From NCBI GenBank assembly GCA_017654855.1, contig CM030333.1, positions 1,612,001 to 1,676,000 of the forward strand: a DNA stretch of 64,000 bases. The letters run 5' to 3'. Below the pieces are notes generated by a model. The model saw nothing but the letters and a program-made list of their open reading frames with translations. It had not been told where the DNA came from and searched no databases. A program made the position numbers and the translations under genes. Source of the stretch: Podospora anserina. Its lineage: Eukaryota. Shown here in pieces: positions 13,530-26,790 of the stretch (position 1 is the first letter of the stretch; every line of letters begins with the position of its first letter).

Positions 13530-14081
13530 ACGAACCTTTTTGGAGCACAGCATGATACCGAGGAGAAAATGGAAGGAAAAGGAAGGGGTCATGGAAAAAG
13601 AAAAAAAACCACGCAACTTTTTTGATGTCTTCGCGTACATACATACATATACAACCTTTTAGTTATCATCATTTCTTTTTCTTTTTCGGTTGGTTGGTTG
13701 GTTGGTCTAGGGTATGGGAGATACTGTTGTACTCTGGTAAAAAAGAGACGGCGTTAATAGGGAGGGTTGAGCGGGTAGGGGGGCGGTGGTTGTTTTTCGC
13801 CTGGTAGGATAGAACAACATCATGAATCAGGGGGCCGGAAATGCAAAAAAGTGTATGAACGTTGACTGTTCTCATCACATCACGCTGTCGATACCTGTCT
13901 GGCTCTTATGATGTTTCAATGTTTTGAATGTTGAATTAATTGTTATCATAACCCCCCCTTTTTGGCCTTGGGGTACATACAACAACCATAAAAACTCCAA
14001 AAAAAAGGCCTTTGTCTTCCCATCTTCCCTTGAAAACTCATTCACTCCCCTTGAATATCACAACAAACTCCCCCCCCCCTT

Positions 14082-15320
14082 CTAAGCAGGAACCCCAACC
14101 ATCCCCAAAACATCCTCCACCACCTCCTCAACCCCCCATCCCCCCATCACCACACCCACCGCCTCCCCCTCACTCCCCCACTGCACACTCCTCTCCCTTT
14201 CCATCATCCCCCCCTCCCAAACCATCACAATCCGATGCCCATAAACCTTCCTAACCGCCAACCCGACCAAACTCGCCGTCACAAACCCCAACCCATGCAG
14301 CGCCGCCAAACTCTTGCACAAATACCCCAAACACCTCGTCGCCTGAGGCGTCACCCCCCCCACCACCGCCCTGTGAATCCTCAAATGGCTCACCACATTC
14401 ATCTGATACCTCAGCACATCCACATCCACACACGCCAGCGTCGTCAGCTGAGACAGCAGCGAGATGTCGTCTTCCGTCATGTGCGGTTGCGGAGCAGGTT
14501 CGTGGTCAGGCAAAGGCCCGAGACCGGACGACGACCGTTTGATGATGCTATCGCTCGACGCGACGGAAATGTTGTCGTCAGGACGAGAATGCTCCGCGTC
14601 GAGGTGGTCAAGCCCGTCTTTTTCCGCGTCGTGCCAATGACTCAAGTAGAAAAAGTCGTTTAGATGGGGTGTCACCCTCGCTTGGGTCGGGGAGGGGGCG
14701 CCGATTATGGCAATGAACAAGAATTGCTTCGGGGCGGTTTGGACAGAGGTTCGTGTAAAGATTCTTCGGGTTCGTAGCAGTTCGAGGGCTTGGATCTGGA
14801 CGGCGCGGGGGGCCAGGTGGAGGTTTTTGGCGAGGATGAAGTTGGCTATTTGGGGTTGTTGGACTGGTTGGTGGGTTGTTGTTGATGGGGAGGAGGGGAT
14901 GATGGCTGCTGGGCCGATTCGGGGGGAGAATGCGCCTGGTCGAGAGGGAGGGGCGGGGCTGGGGAAGTAGGATCCCCCTGATGAGGAGGGACCGCCGGTG
15001 GTGGAGGAGGGTTCATGGCGGAGATGGTAGGGGGAGGCAGAGCGGGTGTGGGTTGGTGATGGGGGACCACCGCGGGCTGGCTGGGGGACCAGGAGTCCGG
15101 TTGCGAACTCGTCGAGGGTGGCGTGGGAATGGCAGTTAATGATGGCGGGGGTGAGGTTGAAGGTTTTGGATGCGACGAGGCAAAGCTCTTCGGCTAGTTC
15201 GTCGACATAGTCTGGGAGAGTGCCTATTAGGCAGTGTTCGCGGGCGACAAGACACAAGAGAGTGGCTAGTTCGAGGTCGCTGAGAGACCGGATCTTGTCG
15301 AGGAGTTGTTCATCGGCCAT
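14082..15320 (-). CDS. Conserved fungal protein, probably Mtc2-like / degenerate MoxR-chelatase AAA+ with C-terminal lid
   Basis: 412-aa single-exon ORF with LSDLELA.LLCL..EHC, VQIQALELLRTRR and VTASLVGLAVRKVYGHRI. The family is recalled, not computed. Confidence 0.65.
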   Translation of the reverse strand: MADEQLLDKIRSLSDLELATLLCLVAREHCLIGTLPDYVDELAEELCLVASKTFNLTPAIINCHSHATLDEFATGLLVPQPARGGPPSPTHTRSASPYHLRHEPSSTTGGPSSSGGSYFPSPAPPSRPGAFSPRIGPAAIIPSSPSTTTHQPVQQPQIANFILAKNLHLAPRAVQIQALELLRTRRIFTRTSVQTAPKQFLFIAIIGAPSPTQARVTPHLNDFFYLSHWHDAEKDGLDHLDAEHSRPDDNISVASSDSIIKRSSSGLGPLPDHEPAPQPHMTEDDISLLSQLTTLACVDVDVLRYQMNVVSHLRIHRAVVGGVTPQATRCLGYLCKSLAALHGLGFVTASLVGLAVRKVYGHRIVMVWEGGMMERERSVQWGSEGEAVGVVMGGWGVEEVVEDVLGMVGVPA

Positions 15321-15941
15321 TGGCTTGGTGGGTGGTGGTGGTGATGTTTGCTAGAGCACGGATGTGTACCTTGATAGGTTGCATGTCGAGCGCCAGGATG
15401 CGACGTCGTGACGGGGGCAGGCAGATGCACCACCAAGCCAGGCCAGGGATCCAGCTTGGCCGAGTGGTTGTCGGTGCTTCGTTCGCTGCCGGTGGCTCGT
15501 GCTGTTTGTGTGTTTCGACAGGTTATGATGGTCTTCATCGTGGGCGCATGCAAGAAGAGTAAACCGACCCGTGGCTGGCCTGGCGCCCTGCCATTTCTTT
15601 CTCTTTCCCAAATGTCGCGGGCGCACAGTGATCAACTGGTGGAAACAGGCGTTGGAACTTGGAAGGCAGATGCTGTCACAAGGTTTCAAGAGTGGGGTGG
15701 GGAAAGCCCAAAAGGCACTGGTCTCATAGGTGGGCCAACTGAGGCTGCAGGGCTGTGATTGGCCCAGCCCTCAGCATCTGGTGCCTGCCCGCCCGCTCTT
15801 GATAGCTCTCTATCGCTGCTGGCTCCAGCCTTCGTCACTCCTCCAACAGCCGATTCCCTACCAACCCATCAGCCCCGTTCATTTTATCGGAGCCGCAAAC
15901 CTGGAAACCTCGAACCACTGCCCGTGTGCTACTGAGCGTAG

Positions 15942-16862
<921 letters not shown>

Positions 16863-17496
16863 GCAGGATACATGATGGCATGAGATGTAGTGAGGATGAT
16901 CCAGTTTGCTCTTTCCAGTTTTGGGTTTTTGGCTTTGTATGATATCATGCTGGGAGTATCTGGCGAGTTGTTTCTAATTCATAACCAGGGCTTGGCGCTT
17001 TTTTATCTGCTTTTGAGAAGGCCTCGATAGACCTGCATTGGTATCAAGGTGGAAAGGCATATATATATATATATATATCTATGGCGAAGCTCAACAAGAT
17101 ACCTCGGTGCTGGGTTACAAGATCTTACTGTGATTTATACATGTTTCACCGCATATCGCGGCATAACCCCAACCCTGCTGGCTGAGCCACCGTTATGGCG
17201 CCCGGTGGGCTTGGCGCCAACCTGGAACGAACGAACAAACGGTCGAGCTCCAGTGATCAGCGAAATCGACAAGATCCAAACTCCACACAACCCGGTTACT
17301 TTTTCAGGGGCCGACCTTTCCACAGTCCGCACCAACTCCGCCGAACAACAAGTGTCGAGTGTCCACAACCGAACGACCTCGAGATCCACGATAATTCGGC
17401 CCAACGAACAAATCCACCAGGCTTTCCCATGGTTTTGATCGAGCATTTGTCGCGAAAACGGGGACAGGGTCTTTTTGCGACTACTACCTCGGACTC

Positions 17497-17506
17497 CAAC
17501 AACAGC

Positions 17507-17547
<41 letters not shown>
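17497..17547. repeat. (AAC)n microsatellite in the 5' region of the transporter gene
   Basis: About 17 CAA units with one CAG interruption. Confidence 0.9.
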
Positions 17548-17624
17548 GGCTCTTTTGAAGCTAAGGCGATAAGTTTGGAACCAGTCCATCTTGCACAAAG
17601 CGAAGAACGCGAATACAGAAAACA

Positions 17625-19131
17625 ATGGCACCCCCAGAACCACTCCTCCCAGCAGCGCTGGCGCCGCCAGATCACCATCACCACACCCACCACCGACCAT
17701 CCGGTGATTTCGGCAGATCCAACAAACACAATACTACAGACGACGAAGAAGATGATATCTCCCCCCGATCCTCCTCCTCGGACAGGCGCAGGTCGCAACA
17801 CTACGGAGCGAGGGTAATGCTAGGTGGAATGTCGGCCGACCACTCCCCTGCCTCGGCAGGCCGATTATCACCACACACTGAACAACCACAAAAATCAAGA
17901 CTCCTCGGCGGGGTAGCGAGGAAAACACTAGGGATATGTCTCCTGCTGGTGGTCGTCTTTTTCTGGACAGTCTCCAACTTTCTCGCGTCGTACATCTTCT
18001 CGGACGGGACATACTCGAAGCCTTTTTTTTTGGTTTACGTCAATACTTCGATGTTTGCGATCAGTCTTGCTCCCATGACGGGGAAGTACATCATACAAAA
18101 CGGTTGGCGCACGACGCTTAGTCAAGCAAGAGAGTTATGGAAGGGGCGGTCAGCGCCGCTGTTGAGAAACGACCGAGATGAAGAAGACGAGGAACGGCTG
18201 CTGGTGGTGGAAGACGAGGGGAGCTTGGAAGCGAACGACCTCCCCCCAAGAGAGGAAAAACTGTCCCTCGCGGAGACGGCCTGGTTGAGCCTGGAGTTCT
18301 GCATGCTTTGGTTTTTTGCGAATTATTTCGCCTCGGCGTGTCTGGAGTACACGTCTGTCGGGAGTGTCACTATTCTCACGTCGACGAGCAGTATATGGAC
18401 TTTGATCTTGGGAGCTCTTAAGGGGGTGGAGGGTTTCACGGTCCGGAAGCTGGTTGGGGTGTTGGCGAGCTTGGTGGGGGTGATCTTGATCAGTTCGGTG
18501 GATTTGTCGGGGGCGAATGATGATGGCAGGGGGAGTTTTCCGCACAAGTCAACGTGGGAGATTGCGGTGGGGGATTCGATGGCGCTGTTCAGTGCGGTGG
18601 TGTATGGGATTTATGTCACGGTTATGAAGCTGAGGGTGGGGAATGAGGAGAGGGTGAATATGGGCTTGTTTTTTGGCTTGGTGGGCTTGTTTAATGTTGT
18701 TTTTTTGTGGCCGGGGTTTTTGATACTGCATTTCACCGGGTTGGAGCCGGTGAGTACTTCTTCTTCTTCTATTCTGTTTGGTGAAGTTGTGGTTGGTGAG
18801 GGAGGGGATGCTGACCATGTGAAACAAACAGTTTGAGTGGCCGCCTACGGGGACGGTGTGGGCGATTATTATGCTGAATTCGGTGGCGAGCTTTTTTAGT
18901 GATATTATCTGGGCGTATGCCATGTTGTTGACGACGCCGTTGATTGTGACGGTGGGGTTGTCGTTGAACATCCCCGTGTCACTTGTCGGGGAGATGATTC
19001 AGTACTCGCAGTACTCGAGTTGGTTGTATTGGGTCGGGGCGGGGATTGTGGTGCTGTCGTTTGTGTTTGTTACGCACGAGAGCCAGGAGGGAGGGGAGGG
19101 GGATAAGGAACAGGAGCGGACGGGAGTATAG
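17625..19131 (+). CDS. EamA/DMT-family membrane transporter (SLC35F5 / Thi74 / YML018C-like)
   Basis: About 10 TM segments; YSKPFFLVYVNTS, FCMLWFFANYF, TILTSTSSIWTL and AMLLTTPLIVTVGLSLNIP. Intron 18750-18831. Confidence 0.88.
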
Positions 19132-19880
19132 GGTGTTTGATGTAGGGATATGTGTTACATATTTTGGGGGCTATCATCAATCGTGTATTTTGTTCGAGCA
19201 TCACCAGGGCGTTTTGCATCACATAGGGCGAACGAAGAAGTGGTGGACAATGATGTGTATAATTCACAACCACCAACAGTAAACAGTTCCGGGATGGTGC
19301 AAGTAGATGAGGCTTCAGTTCGTTCCCCAACGGCGCGCCCAACGGTCTGGAACCGACCGATCAGCGGGTATTTGCATGGTGCACGGATCGCTTACCGGCA
19401 GTGGGAATGTCTCAAGTCCGTGATCCGATTGGGGCCACTCAGCGGGACTTGTGCATTTTCTCCTCAGCAAATTGAAGACTTGCATTTGATGTCGAGGGTT
19501 CCTATTGCGGAAGGGGGGAAAAAAAGAAAACAATAACTCGATGGCGGTGTCCCCGAGGGAAAATCAACAATCACCTGCCAGGTTCACGCCGGTCAATATT
19601 GGATGCGGGGTTGCGGTTAGAGGCTTGGGACGAGGCAAGGCGTCATGGTTGCCACCTGCTTCCATGCATGGCATAATCAGGGAGACCCTGGTGGGTTATT
19701 GTCTCGACGATCGAGAGGTGAGTGTTGGGAGTGACATTGCAGCAGCTTATGTGGTGTTTTCATCCTTGTCTGTCTGTCTGTCTGTCTGTCTGTTGATAGA
19801 GTTTTCATTTTCCACCTTCCACATCCTTCTTTTTCTCCCCGCATACTTCCTCCGTGCAAGGCAGCCTCGAGTTGTTGCTT

Positions 19881-19882
19881 GT

Positions 19883-19918
<36 letters not shown>
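19881..19918. repeat. (GT)n microsatellite
   Basis: Imperfect GT run upstream of the heme oxygenase-like gene. Confidence 0.9.
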
Positions 19919-20457
19919 CTGTTGTTGGTGAGGCGGTCATCCGGGCGTTGCTTCTGTGTGTGAGTGTGTGATCAGGCTTGCTTGCTTCTTTCCTCATTTT
20001 GTCAACAACCACCACGTCTGGGCGGAGGGAGGTCACCGGCTTGCAGGGGTCAGACGGACAGCCTTCTTTCTTATCTGTAAGACTACCTGCCTTCTCTTGT
20101 TTCTTGCGGCCGTTAACATTCTACAGTTTTGCAAAGTACGGATATTGCTCTCTCTTTTTTGTTTCGGCCGGTATTTGGCGGTATTATCATTCCTCGACAC
20201 AACCGGCGGAATCCAACAGTTTGGTCAAGGGCTTCAAACGGTCAAAGGCTCTTACCTACCTTACCTACGACAGCGACGCCGCCACTTGGAGCATACCTAC
20301 GTGGTATATTAACCTTCAATCGTTAGCATCATCTTTCCCTAAGACCTACCTAGCCCCTGTCTCGCCTTCAACATCAGAGACATCTTTTCCAACGGCCTCG
20401 GGCGTTCGCATCACCGCTTCAACATCTCTCAACTTACACCTCTGAATAACCGTCAAC

Positions 20458-22119
20458 ATGGCACCAGACACATCCCCCATCACCAGCACCTCTCCCCTCC
20501 CCCACCTAGGCAACAGCATCAACGCCGCCACCCGAACCCAGCACACCAAACTCAACAAGTCCATCCTCCTCCGCCTGCCCCTTTCTGTCCCGCCCGTGGC
20601 ATACAACCCAACAGCTTACCTCACCGGCCTCCTCCACATGGCCCCAATTTACATCGCCTTCGAGTCAGCATGGGACAAGATCCTCGCTTCCCGCGACGCC
20701 GTCCTTGACCACCCTTCTAGCTCCCTCCTCGTCCTCCCGGAAAACCAAACCCTTCCCCCTTTCCCGTTTGGCACCACGGCAGACCCGATCGGAGATGAAA
20801 AGTGCGAGAGGGTTCATGCAGTATTGCATCACTTGAAGATTTCGGGGATGGCACGGAGCGGGAGTCTAAAGAGGGATATCAGAGCCATGTCGGGGTGGGA
20901 TGAGACAGAAGTGGAGGAGATGCTGGAACAAGTCAAAAACACGGGGAGACTGGGAGAATTTGTCCGCCACATCCACGCCAACATAGCCAGACAGCCCGAG
21001 GTGGTGATCGCCTATGCTTGGGTGCTCTACATGGCGCTTTTTAGCGGAGGGAGGTTTTTGGGTTCTTGTCTTGAGGCTGCGGGGGAGGGTTTCTGGATGA
21101 GGAAGTCTGATGCGGTGTTGGGCAAGATGTGCAAGGATCCGATTAGCATACGGGAGCTGCTCGCTTCTGAGGAGGAAGAGGGTGATGGTGGTGGTGGTGG
21201 TGGTGGTGATGATGATGGGTTGGCGAGGATCAAGGACGATGGGTTGCCGCTCAACTTTTTTAGGTTTGCCACTCCGCTTGATGGGGAGGAGATCAAGACT
21301 AAGTTTAAGAGCCGACTTGTCGAGCTGGAGGGGTTGCTGACTGCGGGGGAGAGGGAGCATGTGGTTAGGGAGGGGGTTTGTATTTTTGACCTGATGAATG
21401 GGATTGTGGGGCAGCTGGATGGGCTGTTTGATATGCACCCTGGGGATGATGATAAAGTGGAAGAAGAGAATGGGGCGGTGGATACTTGGGCTAGTATGCT
21501 TGTGCCTAGGGCTGCGATGGTGGCGGGGGGGAGGTTGAGGGATAGTGTTGCTGTAGCGAAGGAGAGGGGGATGAGGGCGCTGAGGAAGGCGACGTTTTCG
21601 GGCGGGGAGAGGAGCACGCTGGTTGAGGAGGGGAGGTCGCGTTCGCACACACACAGGAGGAAGAGTGAGGGGAACTTGGAGGGGTTGAACACGAGTTCTT
21701 CGCCTGCTACGGCTGAGACGAGTACCAGTGGGCTGCATGCTCATGGGACTATTACGTCCGTGACGGAATTGGTGGAGAAGACGAGTGTGAGCAAGGGGAA
21801 GGCGACGGCGGTGGAAGGGGGTGAGGCGGTCAAGGTGGTGAGATTTGGGGAGGAGATTGCGCTTATACAGCAGCGGAGAAACGGGGCGAAGAGTGTGACG
21901 GCGAAGGCGGAGGCGGTACAACAGGATATGTGGACGTCACCTAAGGGACAGTGTCCGCTTGCTAGGATTAGACGACAGGAGCGCGGGTCAGTCACAAAGG
22001 TTAGGGATGCGAGAGTAGAGGGGATCAAGAATCCGTTTACGTTTTGGAGCTTGGTCTTGCTGGTTACCCTGGTCGGCTTTGGCTGGGGATATGCGTACAG
22101 ATATATCACTGGGCGGTAG
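20458..22119 (+). CDS. Heme oxygenase-like protein (Hmx1 type), C-terminal membrane anchor
   Basis: Proximal-His helix SINAATRTQHTKLN, distal helix AYAWVLYMALFSGGR, EGVCIF, and C-terminal TM (FWSLVLLVTLVGFGWGY). Confidence 0.85.
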   Translation: MAPDTSPITSTSPLPHLGNSINAATRTQHTKLNKSILLRLPLSVPPVAYNPTAYLTGLLHMAPIYIAFESAWDKILASRDAVLDHPSSSLLVLPENQTLPPFPFGTTADPIGDEKCERVHAVLHHLKISGMARSGSLKRDIRAMSGWDETEVEEMLEQVKNTGRLGEFVRHIHANIARQPEVVIAYAWVLYMALFSGGRFLGSCLEAAGEGFWMRKSDAVLGKMCKDPISIRELLASEEEEGDGGGGGGGDDDGLARIKDDGLPLNFFRFATPLDGEEIKTKFKSRLVELEGLLTAGEREHVVREGVCIFDLMNGIVGQLDGLFDMHPGDDDKVEEENGAVDTWASMLVPRAAMVAGGRLRDSVAVAKERGMRALRKATFSGGERSTLVEEGRSRSHTHRRKSEGNLEGLNTSSSPATAETSTSGLHAHGTITSVTELVEKTSVSKGKATAVEGGEAVKVVRFGEEIALIQQRRNGAKSVTAKAEAVQQDMWTSPKGQCPLARIRRQERGSVTKVRDARVEGIKNPFTFWSLVLLVTLVGFGWGYAYRYITGR

Positions 22120-23224
22120 GCTTCGTCTTTATCAGTTTGGGGTTCTTTGTGGTGGGGGGTTTAATGGTGTTCATGCTGCAATGGTATCACGGGTATGGTT
22201 TTGTTCGGGAGGGTGTTCTGGGAGGGAGGGGGTAACCTGGTGTTTTCTTTTCGTTTCGTTTCGATACCTAGGACCTGTAGCGTTTACGACTTTCTTCTTC
22301 CTTTCCAGAGGTTGTTAGATGGGGGCATGAGGTCAGATCCTCTGATAGAGTGGAGTAGTGCATGAATACACCTATCAAACCTCAACGAAGTCGGCACTGC
22401 TGGTATTAATGTCACTTTGAGACTCGGAGCAAGAATCTTATGCTCGCGTAGGGTTGTTGCTCTTTAGTCGAACGGCCTGGCACCCTCGCCACAAAACAAC
22501 TAATAAACAGACGTAAGTTAAGCTACATCATGTGCGGTTGCTCCGGGGCCGCTTGGTCCCACCTTGTGTCAGGCCCACGCTTTGGCTGCTCTGGATTAGG
22601 GCTTTGTTGATTATATTTCACACGCTTGATAGCACTTCAGTTCATTGACAACGAAGTCTGCGCAATCAGAGTCGGATAGGCGTGGTCTCGATATGCCTCA
22701 ACGGCCTGTTGGACTTTAGAAGCATCTAATGACGACGGGAGAGTGCTGCTCCTCTGGGCTGTGGTGAAAATCCGATTGATCGACACCGATAGCTGTGAAT
22801 GAGAGGTTGGCGGAGTTGTGCGAAATTAATAAGGGCTCGATCTTGCGTAAATTGTGGTGTGAAGCATTAGCCGGCTGATCCGTGTCATGGAGCGATCTCC
22901 AGGAAGGAGGTCAAGATGCTCCGTAACGCTCGCTCGGCGTCATCGAGTGGTAAAGGAAGAGGGGAAAAAGATGATATAAAAGACGGGATAGGGTTCCTGC
23001 AGCAGCGTTGAACGTCTGGGGGAATTGCCACAAGTCTGGGGTTTTTCTGCCACTTCTGAGCTCGCTCTTGGTGCCACTGGCTTGTCGCGAACCATGAGTT
23101 GGATCATTAGCAATAGATGAACAAACCAAAGCTTCTTGACTGACTAGACAAAATCAAGAACCGGATCGGTTTTCCCTATATATCGCCATCGAACTCATAG
23201 GCATAAAATCGGGACCTGTCTGCC

Positions 23225-23344
23225 ACATACGACCATACCCAGCTGGAATTACGGCATCCCGTCCGATCTGCCCGAGTCAAACAGCTGAGGGGCTGAGCCA
23301 GTACTCAGGTGGGTGACCGCTGGGGAATCCTCGGTGTTGTATGT
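23225..23344 (+). rRNA. Dispersed 5S rRNA gene (divergent isotype)
   Basis: 120 nt from ACATACGACCATA to GTGTTGTATGT. 5'/3' helix I pairs, conserved ATCCCGTCCGATCT and AGTA/GAAT loop-E motifs are present, and a TTTTT Pol III terminator follows directly. Confidence 0.95.
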
Positions 23345-24762
23345 TTTTGCGCTTTTTATCTGGATCGCGTGTGGCCTCTTCATATGTCGGCATAAGCTGG
23401 GTATTTCCAGTTATGTCACTGGTTTCCTTCCATCTCGCTTCAAACATCCTTGGGGCAAGTATATTCGGCCGCCTGGGGTTTGGTGTTTGCTGTTTTGTCC
23501 TGGACTTCGACCGAGCGTGAATCTTGGTGGTGGTTCCTTCGTTGTTTTGGCTCTTTGCGGTTCTCTTGTTCTGAAGATTCCTCCTCGATTGGGGGGACTT
23601 TGTGAAGTATGGTTCACGGCTGGTGGAAAGAGGGCGCCCGTTCCTAGGCTGATGGGTTTGTGGAGGTGTTGAGGTGGCCGAGGTGCTTCCTTCTGGTTGC
23701 TGGATCTCATGCCACTTTCCACAATGTTGGGTCATCTTCGTGCGTTGGTTTCCCCGGTCCATCTATGGTCAGTGGATGAGGAGGAGCCAGCCTCCGGACA
23801 GCATACATATGGGGGGGCGGAAGGCCAACGGACTGAAAGCTCGAGGCTTGGTGGACGTTAAAGGTGAGAATGTTGTCTTTAATCTTATGATATTGTCTGT
23901 CTCAAGATTCTCTACGAGCAGGCCGAAAACGAAGAGTAGTGCTGCCTCGGGGGGAAAAATCTACCCATAACTATACTACAAAAGAAAGATATAAAACACA
24001 AAACCTCTTCCCAAAAAGAAAAACCGAATTTATTTCCCAATCCCGTCATTAATTCCCAATTCATCAGCAACGAGTCAATAGTGCAGAAGCTATCGCATGG
24101 GGTGTCACCCCAAAGCCAGTTCATCCTCCCACATCCGTCGCAATGTTGCGCACCGAATAACATATCTCCCATATCTAGACACCATTCCCAACCAAAAACG
24201 CCTTCCATAAATGCACCTTTATATCGCTGTCTCCTCGCGTGTCTATCTTTCTATTCCCGACCTGTGTATCAAGGGAAAACGAAAGACTCTTCCAGAGTCT
24301 AATCAGAAAGAAACGCCCAGTCCAACGCCAAACGAAAAGGGGTATCTCTGAATCGTGAAATGTCATCCCATAACGCCATATATGTTGCTATTGCTGTATT
24401 CGAGTATCGTTCATGTTGGGTCGTTGTTGTGCTGTGTTTTTTTTTTTTTTTTTTGAAAAAAAAAAGAAATGAAAAAAAGAAAAAAAAAGAAAAAAGAAGA
24501 AAAAAAAGAAAACCAAGAAGAGAATGCCGGGGAGATAGTGTTGATCTCAATGGTTGTAGTAGTCCGCTCAATGACGACGTTTCTTGTTGAACGGATCGGT
24601 GATGTCTTGTAGTAAAGAAAAGAGATCCATCTGTGCATGTGATGCCGGCTGTACGTTTCAACTGACAAATATAAACGCTTGTATGCCTGATGTAATGTAT
24701 GGGTTTTGTACAGCGTGGTGCTTTATTGTACACACCGGCGATGTCGTGTTTAAACATGGTCT

Positions 24763-26790
24763 TTAGAGGTCATGAAGGGCCATGTCGAGCTCATCAACCA
24801 GAAACACCCTACTTGACCGCAGCTTGCTCGCTCGCACATCAGCCTCCCCAACGCTCTTGACGCGGGGCCGCTTGGCGATCTTGAAGGTCATAGGCCTAGC
24901 AGACCTCTCCGAGCTTGACGAAGCCGGCAGGTCGGGAGCACTCTGGTAGGGAGCAGGGGAACTCCTCTTGTTGGCCCACTTGATTCGCGTGGTCTTCTTC
25001 GAAGTGGCAGACCAGGTCGAGTCGAGCGAAGTGTTGGAGCAAGACGAGGACGAGCGAGCAATCTCGAGGTTGCTGCTGGAAGTGCTTCCCGAGGGCGAAG
25101 GCACGCCGCTGCTCTCGGGACTGACCGACCTCTCCTGCGCTACCTCGAAGGTCTTCTCTAGGGCTTCGGGGGAGAGCTTCCGGTTGATGACCTTGATACG
25201 CGGCACCCGGTTTGGTGTCGTTGAGCGACTGGCAGAGTCGACAGGGGTGGTCGGGCGAAAATTGGTCACCTTAATTTTGGTGATCTTGGTGGGTGAGGCC
25301 GAACGTTTGACAGAGCCAGTTGGAGGGTTGCCACGTGAGTTGACAACCTTGATCTTGGTAATATTGCTGGGCGTGGCAGTGCGTCCAAGACTGTCAACAG
25401 GAGAGGGGGTGCGCGAGTTGATCACCTTGATCTTGGTGATTCGGGAAGGCGTCGCAGAAGCGACAGCCGGAGGAGATGGTGAACGCGAGCGAGGGTTCAC
25501 GAGAACAATGACCTTTGGCGGCGAAGGTTCAGTGGGAGTCCCTGACCGGGAGCTCTCCGGGGTCGACCAACCCTCGGGAATCTTGATCTTGATGACCCGG
25601 ATGCTTGTCAAACTCGCCACACTCGGCGACCGCTCCAGAGTTGGCATCTTAAACTCAAGGTCCGCTAGGGCGTCGCTAGAAGAGCCATCGGGATTCTGGC
25701 GAGCATGCTCCGCCAACATCTCCTTGTACTGGCGAGCGAGGTTGGTGGGCGGCGCGGTGTATTGAATGCGGATCTTGTTGGGCTGGAAATTCTCGTCCGA
25801 GACGGTGTCCATTCTGCGCTTACGCTTAACACGGAGGCTCGCCGTGGTGGAGGTCGAGGCATCCGTCTCGTCACCGCTGCCGTAGAAGTCCTGGGAGTCG
25901 GAAACAACAGTGCTGCTCTCAGCACCGCCAGCCTTGCCGGCACTGCGGCCGTCTTCGATCTCTTCTCCGGGAAGCTTGAACGGGCGACCACCGGGCAAAA
26001 TAACACGCCGACCATGACGGCGGGCTTGTGTCTCTGTGAGCTCAGTGGGGACTTCCAGCTCCGAAGTCGGCTTCTCGGTGATCTCTACATTGTCACCGAC
26101 TGGATCAGGCTCTGGGTTGCTGGCAAGTCTAGTCTCGAGATCAAGATCGACGCGAGCAAGCTGGCTCAGGAACTCAGGAAGCTTCTCCAAAAGGCCGGAT
26201 TGGCAAAGCATGGCGGCGTCGACTCGCTTGCTGGCTTCAGCATCACCACCAGACGATCGACAAGAGCGCATCTCAAGAGCTTCGTTGATCAGCTCGTCGG
26301 AAGCCAGTAGGGGCTCGGTGAATTCTGGGAACGGCTCAGAGGGGATGGCCTGCCTCTCCCAACGGCGAAACTCGCGAGGATCTCCCGACTCTGGCTCGGG
26401 CATGGCGGTCTGGGCTGGTGTTTGTTGTTCCAGCCGGGCGTGTGCTAAGGTTGCGAGTTAGTCAATAGGTTTCGGCCACAAGCTGGGGGGAGAGGGTGGT
26501 AACGAACCTTGGGTGTTCATGTTGAACAGGTTGGGGTACTGCTTGAGAAGAGCAGTTGGTCTCTTGAAGGCGTAGTTGTAGCCTTTATAATATCTATCCG
26601 CCCAGTTCTTTGCCTTGGAAGTCAACAACTTGATCTCGGCACGATCGGTTGTGTTGAAGTATTTGAGGGCGACATTGACGCCCTCGCGCAGGTGAACCTG
26701 CTCGCCTCGACGCGAACGGGGAAGTTGTCCAGCAGCGCCGGCAGGCCCACGAGGTAACTCGCCCGCACGCGAAGATACTGCGGTCGCCAT
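24763..26790 (-). CDS. Hypothetical Ser/Pro/Thr-rich disordered protein with 26-aa tandem repeats
   Basis: ATG 26790 (MATAVSS..) joins the 546-aa ORF in frame via intron 26445-26507 (GTTCGT..GACTAAC..TTAG). Coding-like codon usage; no family recognised. Confidence 0.8.

Noticed and set aside
17000-17624. TPP riboswitch upstream of the Thi74-like transporter
   Set aside because: No CTGAGA / GAACxTGAT..TAAT..AGCG aptamer core found on either strand.
22400-24200. Starship or other element inserted at the 5S gene
   Set aside because: The 5S gene is intact, with no tyrosine recombinase captain, transposase, LTR/TIR or target-site repeat visible; flanking short ORFs are uninformative.
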